A stretch of 64,000 nt of DNA from Ophelia neglecta (taxonomy: Eukaryota): positions 17,918,001 through 17,982,000 of the forward strand of contig OZ260667.1 of NCBI GenBank assembly GCA_965285935.1, read 5' to 3'. Positions 53,201 to 64,000 of this stretch are shown here, one piece after another. Made by a program: the position numbers and the translations under genes. The notes under the pieces were generated by a model. It searched no databases. It was not told the DNA's origin and saw nothing but the letters and a program-made list of their open reading frames with translations. Every line of letters begins with the position of its first letter. Position 1 is the stretch's first letter.

Positions 53201-55520
53201 ACTACTTAAGGAAGTTCACCTTTTGCATGGATATCATCATAATCTGAGCCAGAATCTTTAAGGACCCAACAATTCCCCAAGTTCATCCGAATTGATGCCA
53301 TTAATAAAATTTCAATTTGGATTAGATAAAGATATATATGAAAGCGTATCAGTCAGAGTACTAGGATAACCCTTAAACAGGGGGGACCCACATTTAAAAA
53401 ATAAATAATCCATTAGAATTATTGAAATATTCCGTAACAACCTTCTTAGACATAAGAAGCGATTGTCTGAATGTTAACTTTTATTCCTGCCAATTAGGCC
53501 TACAACATTTAATATTGCCCATGAATATTTCAGATAAGTAAATGTTCCGTTAATGTTTATAGTGAAAAGAGGTGGTTTAGTCCTTGATTCGCCTCGAGGG
53601 GTGCGCCCTTTGCGCCCAGGAGAGCGGCCAAGCCAAGCAGGCCAGGCCCAGAAGAACAACGGTAAACGAAGCCAAAAGAGTATCTGGCGATAATCTCCAA
53701 CGCAGCAACACAAGTGGATCGACACATGCACAAGGCATATGGTGTCCAGCACATTCATTTTCGTATTATGCAGTTTGATAGGTAGCGAGTTTCATATCGA
53801 GTACAAGAATCAGTTAAGAAACAATGTATTGATTTTAAAACTTTGTTATTAAAAGTTTTATATTGGAATCACTTTTAAATAGATAAACAAAAAATTGAAA
53901 ACAATGTTACCTACAGATGCTTGTTAAAACACAACCTGATATCAAGGAACTTAGATTAAAATCATTTACACAATTAAACACAAAGTTACAAAAGTGAGGA
54001 GTCGATACAAAGTGTTCACCATAAAACTGTGAAATGGAATCGGTTTTAATATCAAAATTATATGCATTACAAGTAAGTTAGTATTCCATATCATTAATGC
54101 CATCGCTCAAAATTAACTATGAATATGACTTTAGGGGTAGGTCTATATTGTTCACCAATAAACAGAGTAACTTAACTTATAAGTTCAGATTTGTTATTTG
54201 CAACAATAGACGAAGTTAATTAAATTGTGTAAATTGAAAAAGCTAAACAATTGGGCATAAAATGCCGAATGACATTATATTATCAAATAAAACAAATTAA
54301 TGAATCACAAACTTCCCCCACACAATACAATATTACTGGCAAAATACCTGGTATTGGTGAAACCAAACTAACGAAGTGTCACAAATGTCAAAGGGACACC
54401 TTACCCGAAGAGGGTCGTATAAGTTGTAAACAATACCAATGTGTTACAAATTTACGATTGCGTTAACAGAAACACGTTTCTATTATTTCTGTAATTGTAT
54501 CACTCAAAATGGCAAATAGTCACCTCGACGATATCATGTGAATAATGAGAATTTAGTATCCTTTGATTTCGTCGTGTATGGGGATGGAGGATGATAAAAA
54601 AATTGGCTTTCTTGACATTAATATAAGTTATTTAATTTGAAGTGATTGTTTCGTTGTTTATGAGGGCGTTCAAAAATCAGTGCACACTAGTGTTGGTGTC
54701 CATGCCAAATTGTGTATTATTTTTGCTTCTGTTTCATGTTATGTATGTACATATTAAGGGTTTGGTCAAATAAAAGGAATTAATTTACTCTAATGAGAAC
54801 ACATTCTCTCGCAATTGCAGCCATCACACGCAATAAATTCATCAACTCATCCATCCAAATTGATGCACAGAAATTTAGTTTGATTAAGGAAACAACCTGC
54901 TTGGCAGCTTTTCGAATTGTCAAAATTCACCGCCTGGCTTTTGCAAGTGTAAACCTTCCGACGAACATGGCTCCTTTAATTTCAAAAGAGGGGCATGAGT
55001 GTCTTAACATCTCGCTATAGTCGTGACACTACAAATTACAAATAAAATGTTAAATTGGTAAACAGAGTGAAGGACTATTAGGCACACACAAAGCCCAACT
55101 ATGGTTTGTTGTTTTGGCCTGATCAATTGCATTGAACGGTATAACATTTCATCATGAGCTCAAGTTATCAAGAGTAGAACTGACGAGGAAATGACAAGGA
55201 AGTTTGGCTTAGGAGTTTGGAAAACAATGAAAGCAGAAAATCATCACTTCGATCAAATAAGACCTATTACATTTTGGCTGAAAACAACATTTTCGTTTCA
55301 GATTTTGGCAGTGGAGCTCCATGTATCATGTTATTTTGATGCATATTTATGGAGTCGTGTAATATAAAACATGCTTCCCATACAGATAAACTTTCGAGGC
55401 TAACATAGCCTACGACATAATCAATTAAGGGATAACTTCAGAAATTTCCATCTACCGACACGTAAATAAATCAATATATAACCGACCATTAACACGAATT
55501 AAGCCCATAACCGAAAGAGT
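50279..55520 (+). repeat. Tandem segmental duplication, copy 1 (~5.24 kb)
   Basis: Begins TGTCTAAATATACAAATGCACGATAG and is colinear with 55521-60617. Paired ORFs in the track (51416/56654, 52541/57780, 53584/58823) are offset by ~5238 bp. Confidence 0.97.
52540..53400 (-). mobile_element. Degraded CR1-group LINE reverse transcriptase within duplication copy 1
   Basis: Minus strand: MSVLPVFSEIL (cf. PISVLPVFSKILE), QST*MALI, VFLYFSQDFDTV (cf. VFLDFSKAFDTV) and YGGPQGSILGPLLFLIHINDM. Multiple stops and frameshifts. Confidence 0.88.
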
Positions 55521-58500
55521 TGTCGAAATAAACAAATGCACGATAGTTGCATTTATGGTTCTAACACTGTTTGAGAAGACATTATATACATTGATGATAC
55601 TGCTCAAAGCGCAATAAATAGCCCTACAAGACACACATGTAGGGTACATTTAATTCGTAATTTTTCTTATCACAGACTAGCGAACCTTGAAAACCTATTT
55701 GTTAAATGACACAAGCATAATTACTCGTTTTAAGTAATTTGAGAAATTGTTCATGATTTTCTCGGGACATCAATAATGCCTGTACATGGGCTGTTGACTT
55801 GACAATGACGATATAATGCCTCAAAACCAACATATTGTTGGACTTTAACATTAACAGTAGGTTATTAACCATTCTCCAGGCACTCCTCTGGGATGCAAAT
55901 GTTGATTGCTATTTCCTTGATGAGACACAAAGAACATTAAGTATTTATCAAAGTTCATACAGTCCCTCTAATCAGAACCTTAAGACAAGATTTATTGAGA
56001 AAACATTCTTAATGTATAAGCATGACACGCACCTGGACTCAAAAAAGTTACTTCCATTCCAGACAGTCAGTACTGTCACTACAATTTGACGTCGACTCAA
56101 CTTCGACCTCTCCAAATCTGGGAGTCCACTTGATAAATTTCATGAAAAGGACATATTAAGGCATACCTATATTTCATTCATTCGGTAAAGGTTGGAACTG
56201 TCAAAATTCTAACCATTCCCTCGTTATTCATATGTGGTTTTTACCACTTTGGGAAAATTCATACACGTAGACAACAGGATTCTTTGGAATTGACGGTAGA
56301 ACATGACCCCGGTAAAATGAGTCTATGTGGAACGTAAACAGACTTAGACGGTGCGTAAAACACGACAAGTCTCCCTTATGTCTTTAATAAAGCTCCCATT
56401 GCGTTGGAGCTTTTTACCTTAGAGGAGACGTCGATGAGGAAGTAGAACAATTTGAATTTTGCTTCCTTAATTCAATAATGGAAATCCAATCAAACAAAAA
56501 TGCTTTAATGATTTCTATATTATATCATCACGAAATAAACAAGAAAAATGTTGGACTCCACCAAAATGTTCTAACCCCCTAACCTATTCTATTGTAGCTT
56601 TAGATATCATTAGGTGTATACACATCAGCCCTAACAGTTTATTGAACCTACACTTAACTGATCCAAAAATGGGCCTGTAGCGTGTGTATAGTGTTTTTTT
56701 CTACTAATGCACCTTTAATTGAAGACGCACGTTTCTCAAAATAGCCATTTGTAAAACATGAGCACTGGTAGCACATGATATTCAAAGCAGACAGCCGTGT
56801 AATAAAGATGCTCATTATCACTAGATTGTGTGATTTTTTAACAGCGTGTCTCAGACGGTTTCCAATACATACCCATTTTTCACCAGACTGCATCAAAATT
56901 AAAAGTAATACAAACATGAAATAAAATTTTAATGATATTACTTGCGTTTGAAATGCCAGGTAAGATATTACTTTTTGAAATTTATCTCACTGTATCAATA
57001 GCTGTATAAACTAGATTTGCAATTATTATTTTTTAGATCCAATTCTTTTCGCTTTCTAATGTCATGAGTATATTTCTAGAACATTCAGATTAAAAAGTAT
57101 TCATATGAGAAATGATACATTAGATGTAATTCAATCTACTATGAATGCAGGCTGCGGGACTGTTGATTCTCATATAATGGTGTAAATAAAATCAGATTAG
57201 CTAAACATTAGCTGCAATAACAAACTTTTGCACACCTGTACCGTGGTACTGATTTATTCCATAAAAGTTTATATAATGTATATATAAATCGCAATTATGA
57301 TGTCCAATGTAACTCCATGAAAATTACTCCAATGCGATCAAAAGTTATTTTAACAGAAAGAACGCAGGCTTATTCAGTATAGTTTCTTATATCTTGTTTT
57401 TAATGCCTGCCTGCTGGATATATGTAAACATGAACATTGCTTCATGTAATTATAGCAGCCATCAAAATTATCAAAGATTTTCAACCTTTAAAGATAAGGT
57501 AAGTGTTTGCTTATGATGGAGCGGTGTTAATAACTCTTTTAATATGTTTTTGTAACTTAGAAATAATAAATAAGTATGTATTTACCCATTACTACTATGT
57601 AATAGATTAAATGTCGATAGATAAAATAATTATAAAGGGTAAGTAAAGTGGCTAAGTGGTCTCCTAGATTTGCATATGATAACAATACCATTTGAAATGC
57701 CATTTTTGGTGATTTTTTGTTTTCAGATCATGATATTTTTTGGGCAATAGTCCTTCCCAAAACTCGTTTAATACATTTGTCATTGACAACTAAGTACACA
57801 CCTGGAATTACACGTTTTTAAGCTGTATACCATAATTATGATGAGTTGTCTTAATATTTCACGAAAGCTTGTTGACTTGTAATCAGTTTGTAATACTTCC
57901 AAGTTCAAGATTGTCATTTCAACTAACTGAGTGACTTTTTTCCACATACTAAAAAATAATGTTTTCAACTGCAAATTATATGGGGAATATGATAGAATCC
58001 ACTTAACCATGTCATTCATATGGATTAAAAACAACAGAGGTCCTAAAATGGAACCTTGTGGCCCTCCATACGTAGTAGTAACATAAGACTCAGTAAAGAA
58101 ATTATTTTTGATGATACCGATTGTTTCTTTTTATGAAGATAAATGGTCAGCCATACCTATACAATTATCAAATAAAATTTTGCAATATGCAGTGTCAAAA
58201 TCTTGACTGAAATAGAGAAAAAACCCTAAACCATATCAACATTGTTCAAAGCTTCCATAACGGTTTACAGTATTCAATCAAAGCCATTTAGGTGCTTTGC
58301 TTTTCCAAAAACTAAATTTTATATTTACAAAAAAAAATGTTTGTTATCTTTAATTGATAATTCAAACCTGTTATACAAGTTAAATTATTTCCGAAAATAC
58401 GGGTAGCACAGACATTGACATTGAGTTCATTGGGAACCACTACTTAAGGAAGTTCACCTTTTGCATGGATATCATCATAATCTGAGCCAGAATCTTTAAG

Positions 58501-60617
58501 GACCCAACAATTCCCCAAGTTCATACGAATTGATGCCATTAATAAAATTTCAATTTGGATTAGATAAAGATATATATGAAAGCGTATCAGTCAGAGTACT
58601 AGGATAACCCTTAAACAGGGGGGACCCACATTTAAAAAATAAATAAATCCATTAGAAATATCGAGATATTCCGTAACAACCTTCTTAGACATAAGAAGCC
58701 ATTGTCTGAATGTTAACTTTTGTCCCTGCCAATTAGGCCTACAACATTTAATATTGCCCATGAATATTTCAGATAAGTAAATGTTCCGTTAATGTTTATA
58801 GTGAAAAGAGGTGGTTTAGTCCTTGATTCGCCTCAAGGAGTGCGCCCTTTGCGCCCAGGAGAGCGGCCAAGCCAAGCAGGCCAGGCCCAGAAGAACAACG
58901 GTAAACGAAGCCAAAAGAGTATCAAGCGATAATCTCCAACGCAGCAACACAAGTGGATCGACACATGCACAAGGCATATGGTGTCCAGCACATTCATTTT
59001 CGTATTATGCAGTTTGATAGGTAGCGAGTTTCATATCGAGTACAAGATTCAGTTAAGAAACAATGTATTGATTTTAAAACTTTGTTATTAAAAGTTTTAT
59101 ATTGGAATCACTTTTAAAAAGATAAACAGAAATATTGAAAACAATGTTACCTACAGATGCTTGTTAAAACACAACCTGATATCAAGGAACTTAGATTAAA
59201 ATCATTTACACAATTAAACACAAAGTTACAAAATTGAGGAGTCGGTGTGTTCACCATACAACTGTGAAATGGAATCTGCTTGGATATCAAAATTATATGC
59301 ATTACAAATAAGTTAGTGTTCTATATCATTAATGCCATCGCTCGAAATGAACTATGAATATTACTTTAGTGGTAGGTCTATATTGTTCACCAATAAACAG
59401 AGTCACTTAACTTATAAGTTCAGATTTGTTATTTGCAACAATAGACGAAGTTTATTAAATTGTGTAAATTGAAAAAGCTAAACAATTTGGCATAAAATGC
59501 CGAATGACATTATATTATCAAATAAAACTAATTAATGAATCACAAACTTCCCCCACACAATACAATATAACTGGCAAAATACCTGGTATTGGCGAAACCA
59601 AACTAACGAAGTGTCACAAATGTCAAAGGGACGTGTACCTTACCCAAAGAGGGTCGTATAAGTTGTAAACAATACCAATGTGTTACAAATTTACGATTGC
59701 GTTAACAGAAACACGTTTCTATAATTTCTGTAATTGTATCACCCAAAATGGCAAATAGTCACCTCGACGATATCATGTGAATAATGAGAATTTAGTATCC
59801 TTTGATTTCGTTGTGTTTGGCGATGGAGGATGAAAAAAAAATTGGCTTTCTTGACATTAAAATAAGCTATTTTATTTGAAGTGATTAAGTGTTTCGTTGT
59901 TTATGAGGGAGTTCAAAAAACAGTGATAACTAGTGTTGGCGTCCAGGCCAAATTGTGTATTATTTTTACTTCTGTTTTATGTTATGTATGCACATATTTA
60001 GGGGTTGGTAAAATAAAAGGAATTAATTTACTCTATTGAGAACACATTCTCTCGCAATTGCAGCCATCACCCGCAAAAAAAATTTCAACTCATCCGTCCA
60101 AATTGATGCACATCTATGGTCGTGACACTATAAATTACAAATAAAATGTTAAATTGGTAAACAGGATGAAGGACTATCAGGCACACATAAATCCCAACAA
60201 TTGTTGTTTTGGCATGATCAATTGCATTGAACGGTATAACCTTCCATCATGAGCTAAAATTATCAATAGAAGAACTGACGAGGAAGTGACGAGGAAGTTT
60301 GGCTTAGGAGTTTGGAAAACAATGAAAGCAGAATATCATCACTTCGATAAAATAAGGCCTATTACATTTTGGCTGAAAACAACATTTTCGTCTCAGATTT
60401 TGGCAGTGGAGCTCCATGTAGCATGTTATTTTGATGCAAATTTATGGAGCCATGTAATATAAAACATGCTTCCCAAACAGATAAACTTTCTAGGCTAACA
60501 TAGCCTACGACATAATCAATTAAGGGATAACTTCAGAAATTTGCATCTACCGAAACGTTAATAAATCAATATATAACCGACCATTAACACGAATTAAGCC
60601 CATAACCGAACGAGTTG
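55521..60617 (+). repeat. Tandem segmental duplication, copy 2 (~5.10 kb)
   Basis: Begins TGTCGAAATAAACAAATGCACGATAG and ends AAGCCCATAACCGAACGAGTTG, as copy 1 does. It lacks ~140 bp corresponding to 54870-55009. Confidence 0.97.
57780..58640 (-). mobile_element. Degraded CR1-group LINE reverse transcriptase within duplication copy 2
   Basis: Near-identical duplicate of 52540-53400 (YGGPQGSILGPLLFLIHMNDM). Confidence 0.88.
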
Positions 60618-63600
60618 GCTTTACATCATTATCTGAACAATGAGCTCATTTGTCTGAGATGACAGTTGAAAGTACACTATATATCACCTCATCTATAACG
60701 ATACAATTGAGACACCATTTGCATGAAATGCGAGCTGAAATAACTACAAGCAAACATGCAACTACACCATGATAGTGACTATAAAATACTATTAAAGTCT
60801 GCAGGGGAGCATTCGTATCACATGCCCTGGCCATATAGCTACGGGCAACAAGGGTTGCCGTGAAAGAGTAACAACCCTTAAAATCATAAAGAAAAAAAAC
60901 CACAGTCTATATTTCTAACTTAACATTATTGGCCTGTTTGACCCCCTTGATCGATAGGTGCCCCCGAGTGTTGACGAGTATGCCTTGTAGTTATGCCGTT
61001 ATTTCTTGATTTGAGTTCTCCCAACGTTTATTGGTGCAAGGCGTACGTTCTTTATACTTTCAAAGAACCTTAGTGTCAATTCTTTTAGCATTCTTAAGCT
61101 GGTTGCCGACGATTTGCCCTACATTGACATGGAATTCGTATTGGTTTGAGCACTGGAAAGGGTTTTGGGTGCCAATGTTGCACTTTTTCCATGTAATCTA
61201 AGTCCTTAACCAAGTTTGTTGTACGCGGAAAATGTGTCTGAAAATAATTGCGAGGAAATATAGTATGTATGGGCCTATACACACGTTGCTGAGTTGCAGC
61301 CATTTGAAATGGTAGCAGTGGCTACAGATGGAAAGAGGCCTACAGAGCAAATATAGCATTAGTTTTGTTTTCCATATTATACTAAATTTTAAATCGAAAA
61401 ATAAATTGAAACTGGAAATTGGAGCTATACCTTTATCTCGGCGATACCTGAAACTATTGAAATTTATCATTTAACCTGACTTTCGGATAGAAATACCATG
61501 CTTATATGCATTTATAACAGGTCCTGCGTTGTAGTGAGATAGGCCTATATATAGCGCAAACAGTGCCCATGGCATAGTGAGCAACTACAATAAGGAACTC
61601 AAACTCACTGACTTCCGTCTATGTATCAATTTTCTATTATAGGTATCAATTTTCTTTTCAATGCGCCGAATTCACGGAGATGATGAATAATGGGTAATAA
61701 TAGTGTTGTAAGCCCGTCTCCGACACTTAACTTGTCAATAGCAGATCGGAAAGTAATTTGATCAACTCTCGTTCATCACTGACTGGCTGCGTTTATATGA
61801 AGCTTGGTTAGAAAAGCTTTGCTGGCCTTTTTTCCGGGGAACACTCTGACGGACCCCCGGGGCTCGACCGAAACAGCATTCCCATTGACTCAGAAGGCAT
61901 TCACTGGGCGACTGGATTATTTCAAGTGGAGTATTAATACATTTCAGGCCCAATTCAATGTTAATACATGATTATTGAGCCAATAATGCTAGATTTCGTA
62001 CAGGCCATAGCCCCTTTTACCTCACGTCAACCGGATTGACCGGCGCATTAATCTGCGTAATAAATCAATAGGACAGATATAGGCCTATATAATATGGAGT
62101 GACCATCTCAATTGACAATGTACTAAAAATACGCCGAGACAAATAACCTGGTGCGATAAAAAAGGGTATAAAAGAGAAGAACACAGTCTGGAATGTCAGT
62201 TAGTGGTGTTGATAAGAGCTAGTCCTTGAACACAACATTCAGTCAGCTCGCTATAGATATAAAGATACTGAGTGAAGATCAAACCTTTTTCATTATTGCT
62301 TCCACCTCAGTCAATAGGAAGAGAGTAACAAAGACAAATGAGGTAATATGCCCTTTGTCCTCTTGATTCATTTGGTAATGTTCGCTAATGGTTCAATATG
62401 AATCGAACGACTTGGATGCTACAAACCTGTACTGGTCTTAATCGGGAGCGACTAGTTAGGTTAGAAGATTGTCGCTCCTGAGCTAGAGGAGACTCCCGAC
62501 TCTGACTGCCAAACAGTGTACATGGCCATACTACTAACCGATTCCTGGGGACTTGGCATTTCGTTAGTTTTTTTTGCAGGAGACAATTTGCTGTATTTGC
62601 TCATATGAAGATTTTGCCATTGTGTATAGACAGGATAAACCTGAGCATAGCCAGATTATTTCCACAGTGCCATCGCACGACTAACAAACAGATTCAGTAA
62701 AACGCAGTCATTAATTGATATGTTAAAATGTGATAAATATTTACAGTCGCGGCAGACGTTTTCGTCTATAGCCTACATATACGGAAAGTCGCTTCAGAAG
62801 TTCACTGCGGGAAGGCACATACACAATTAATAAGTTTGACTTTGCTTTTATTCCCTATACGACACAAAAAGTCATCAGCAAAATTTAGTGGAATTTATCA
62901 TCAATGCTCTCTGTTTCACTTGTCTATATGCAAACTGTCGATGGGTACATGGTATAACTCGCCCAGTAAGAACTCTCTAAGACGGACCAGGTGGATTTTC
63001 GTGGTAGTCATTTCATGATCATATTTTGATTAAGAACTGGAAGGCTGGGGGCTTTACTGAGATGGGCTTCAAGAGCAGACCGTAGTAGGAACATGTTGTA
63101 ACTGGCTAAGTGATGGATCCATCCTTGTAGACTGATATATTTTCTTACCAGCTCGCTCACGGAAGAAATGATTTTAATAACGTGCAAAATCACCTCTATG
63201 GTTCGCTTGGATGTAACATTAAGGTTCATGTAATCTAACTTAGAAGTAAATCAGGGATTCGTATTATTTCTAAATGGCGCTTACTACTAGTTTAATTTCT
63301 GTACAAACAAGACCATGTACTTCCTAATTTCATTCTAAACATATCCCTGTAAAGGCTCTATTTTGATGGCGCTCAACACATTGAACTAAAACGCAACAAA
63401 ACTTTGATAATTTTTCCTTAAGAACTAATAACATTGTTATTTATTGTTCATTACTATGGACAAAACAGCCTTTATCTTACTAAATTTTGTTACGGATACA
63501 TGCCTGTAAAAACAGGAATAATTAAAATTAGGTCTATAAATATAGACCAATGACATTCCCATAAACAATCATGCAAGCAGGTTGAGTTAATTTCTGACGT

Positions 63601-63660
63601 ATGTGTATCCATTTTCATTAAGGTTTGCCACTGGAATGCCTTATAAAGTCTTTTATATAT

Positions 63661-63999
63661 TCACTTAGATTCATCCCCATTGATGAATTTCATAATTGTA
63701 TCAATGTCTTTCCCTCCCATGTAACCAACGACGTCTTCACTTTTCAACACCTGTCCCTTGCTTTTCCTATTTCGCCTCCTCTTTTGCCGCTGTTTCCCCC
63801 CTAATGCGCTTGCCTGGTCCTGCTGGTGATCTGTATCATCAAAGTTTTGCGGGCCATCAACGTCGTCAAAACCATTAACAGGTCTAGAAGGGAAAGAACT
63901 CGAGCTTTCAGTCCACGGTTCTACCTTGGATAATCCAGAGGTGATTGGAAAGTACTCCGACATCAAGGGATAATGAACAGTTCCGGTCGGCCCCGATCC
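63661..63999 (-). CDS. Probable coding exon of an unidentified protein, 5'-truncated by the window edge
   Basis: The frame is open from the window end (GSGPTGTVHYPLMSEYFPI...) to TGA at 63663-63661. GC content is higher than in the flank, and the composition is protein-like: an acidic/disordered tract, a basic cluster KQRQKRRRNRKSK and a helix-like VVGYMGGKDIDTIMKFING. Confidence 0.65.
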   Translation of the reverse strand, partial: GSGPTGTVHYPLMSEYFPITSGLSKVEPWTESSSSFPSRPVNGFDDVDGPQNFDDTDHQQDQASALGGKQRQKRRRNRKSKGQVLKSEDVVGYMGGKDIDTIMKFINGDESK

Positions 64000-64000
64000 A

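Noticed and set aside
51416-56917. Identical 87-aa ORFs (51416-51679 and 56654-56917) as a conserved gene pair
   Set aside because: The identity simply reflects the near-identical DNA duplication. The peptide has no recognisable features.
1146-63229. Remaining 60-130-aa ORFs in the supplied track
   Set aside because: They have no recognisable domains, many have non-ATG starts, and their lengths are as expected by chance in 64 kb. Several overlap repeat fossils.

Overview
Animal genomic DNA, most likely a marine invertebrate (lophotrochozoan-like, inferred from the GPCR and SINE types). It is AT-rich and almost entirely non-coding. Only two plausible host coding segments occur, both cut by the window edges and pointing towards each other: an uninterrupted FMRFamide-receptor-like class A GPCR segment (<2-910, +) and an exon of an unidentified protein (63661->64000, -). 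The ~62 kb between them is mostly decayed mobile elements: an L2 3' end, several CR1-group LINE fragments, a probable Harbinger transposase fossil, an intact tRNA-derived SINE with a perfect 14-bp target-site duplication, and MITE-like ends. The most notable structures are: (i) a CR1-type reverse transcriptase apparently split by a ~1.75-kb insert carrying a decayed Crypton-like tyrosine recombinase, with a second, different recombinase-like fossil about 2 kb away; and (ii) a ~5.2-kb head-to-tail tandem duplication (50279-60617) with strongly uneven divergence along its length. Most short ORFs in the supplied track look spurious. All fossil calls come from manual translation and motif recall, not database searches. 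I found no intact novel multi-gene system.
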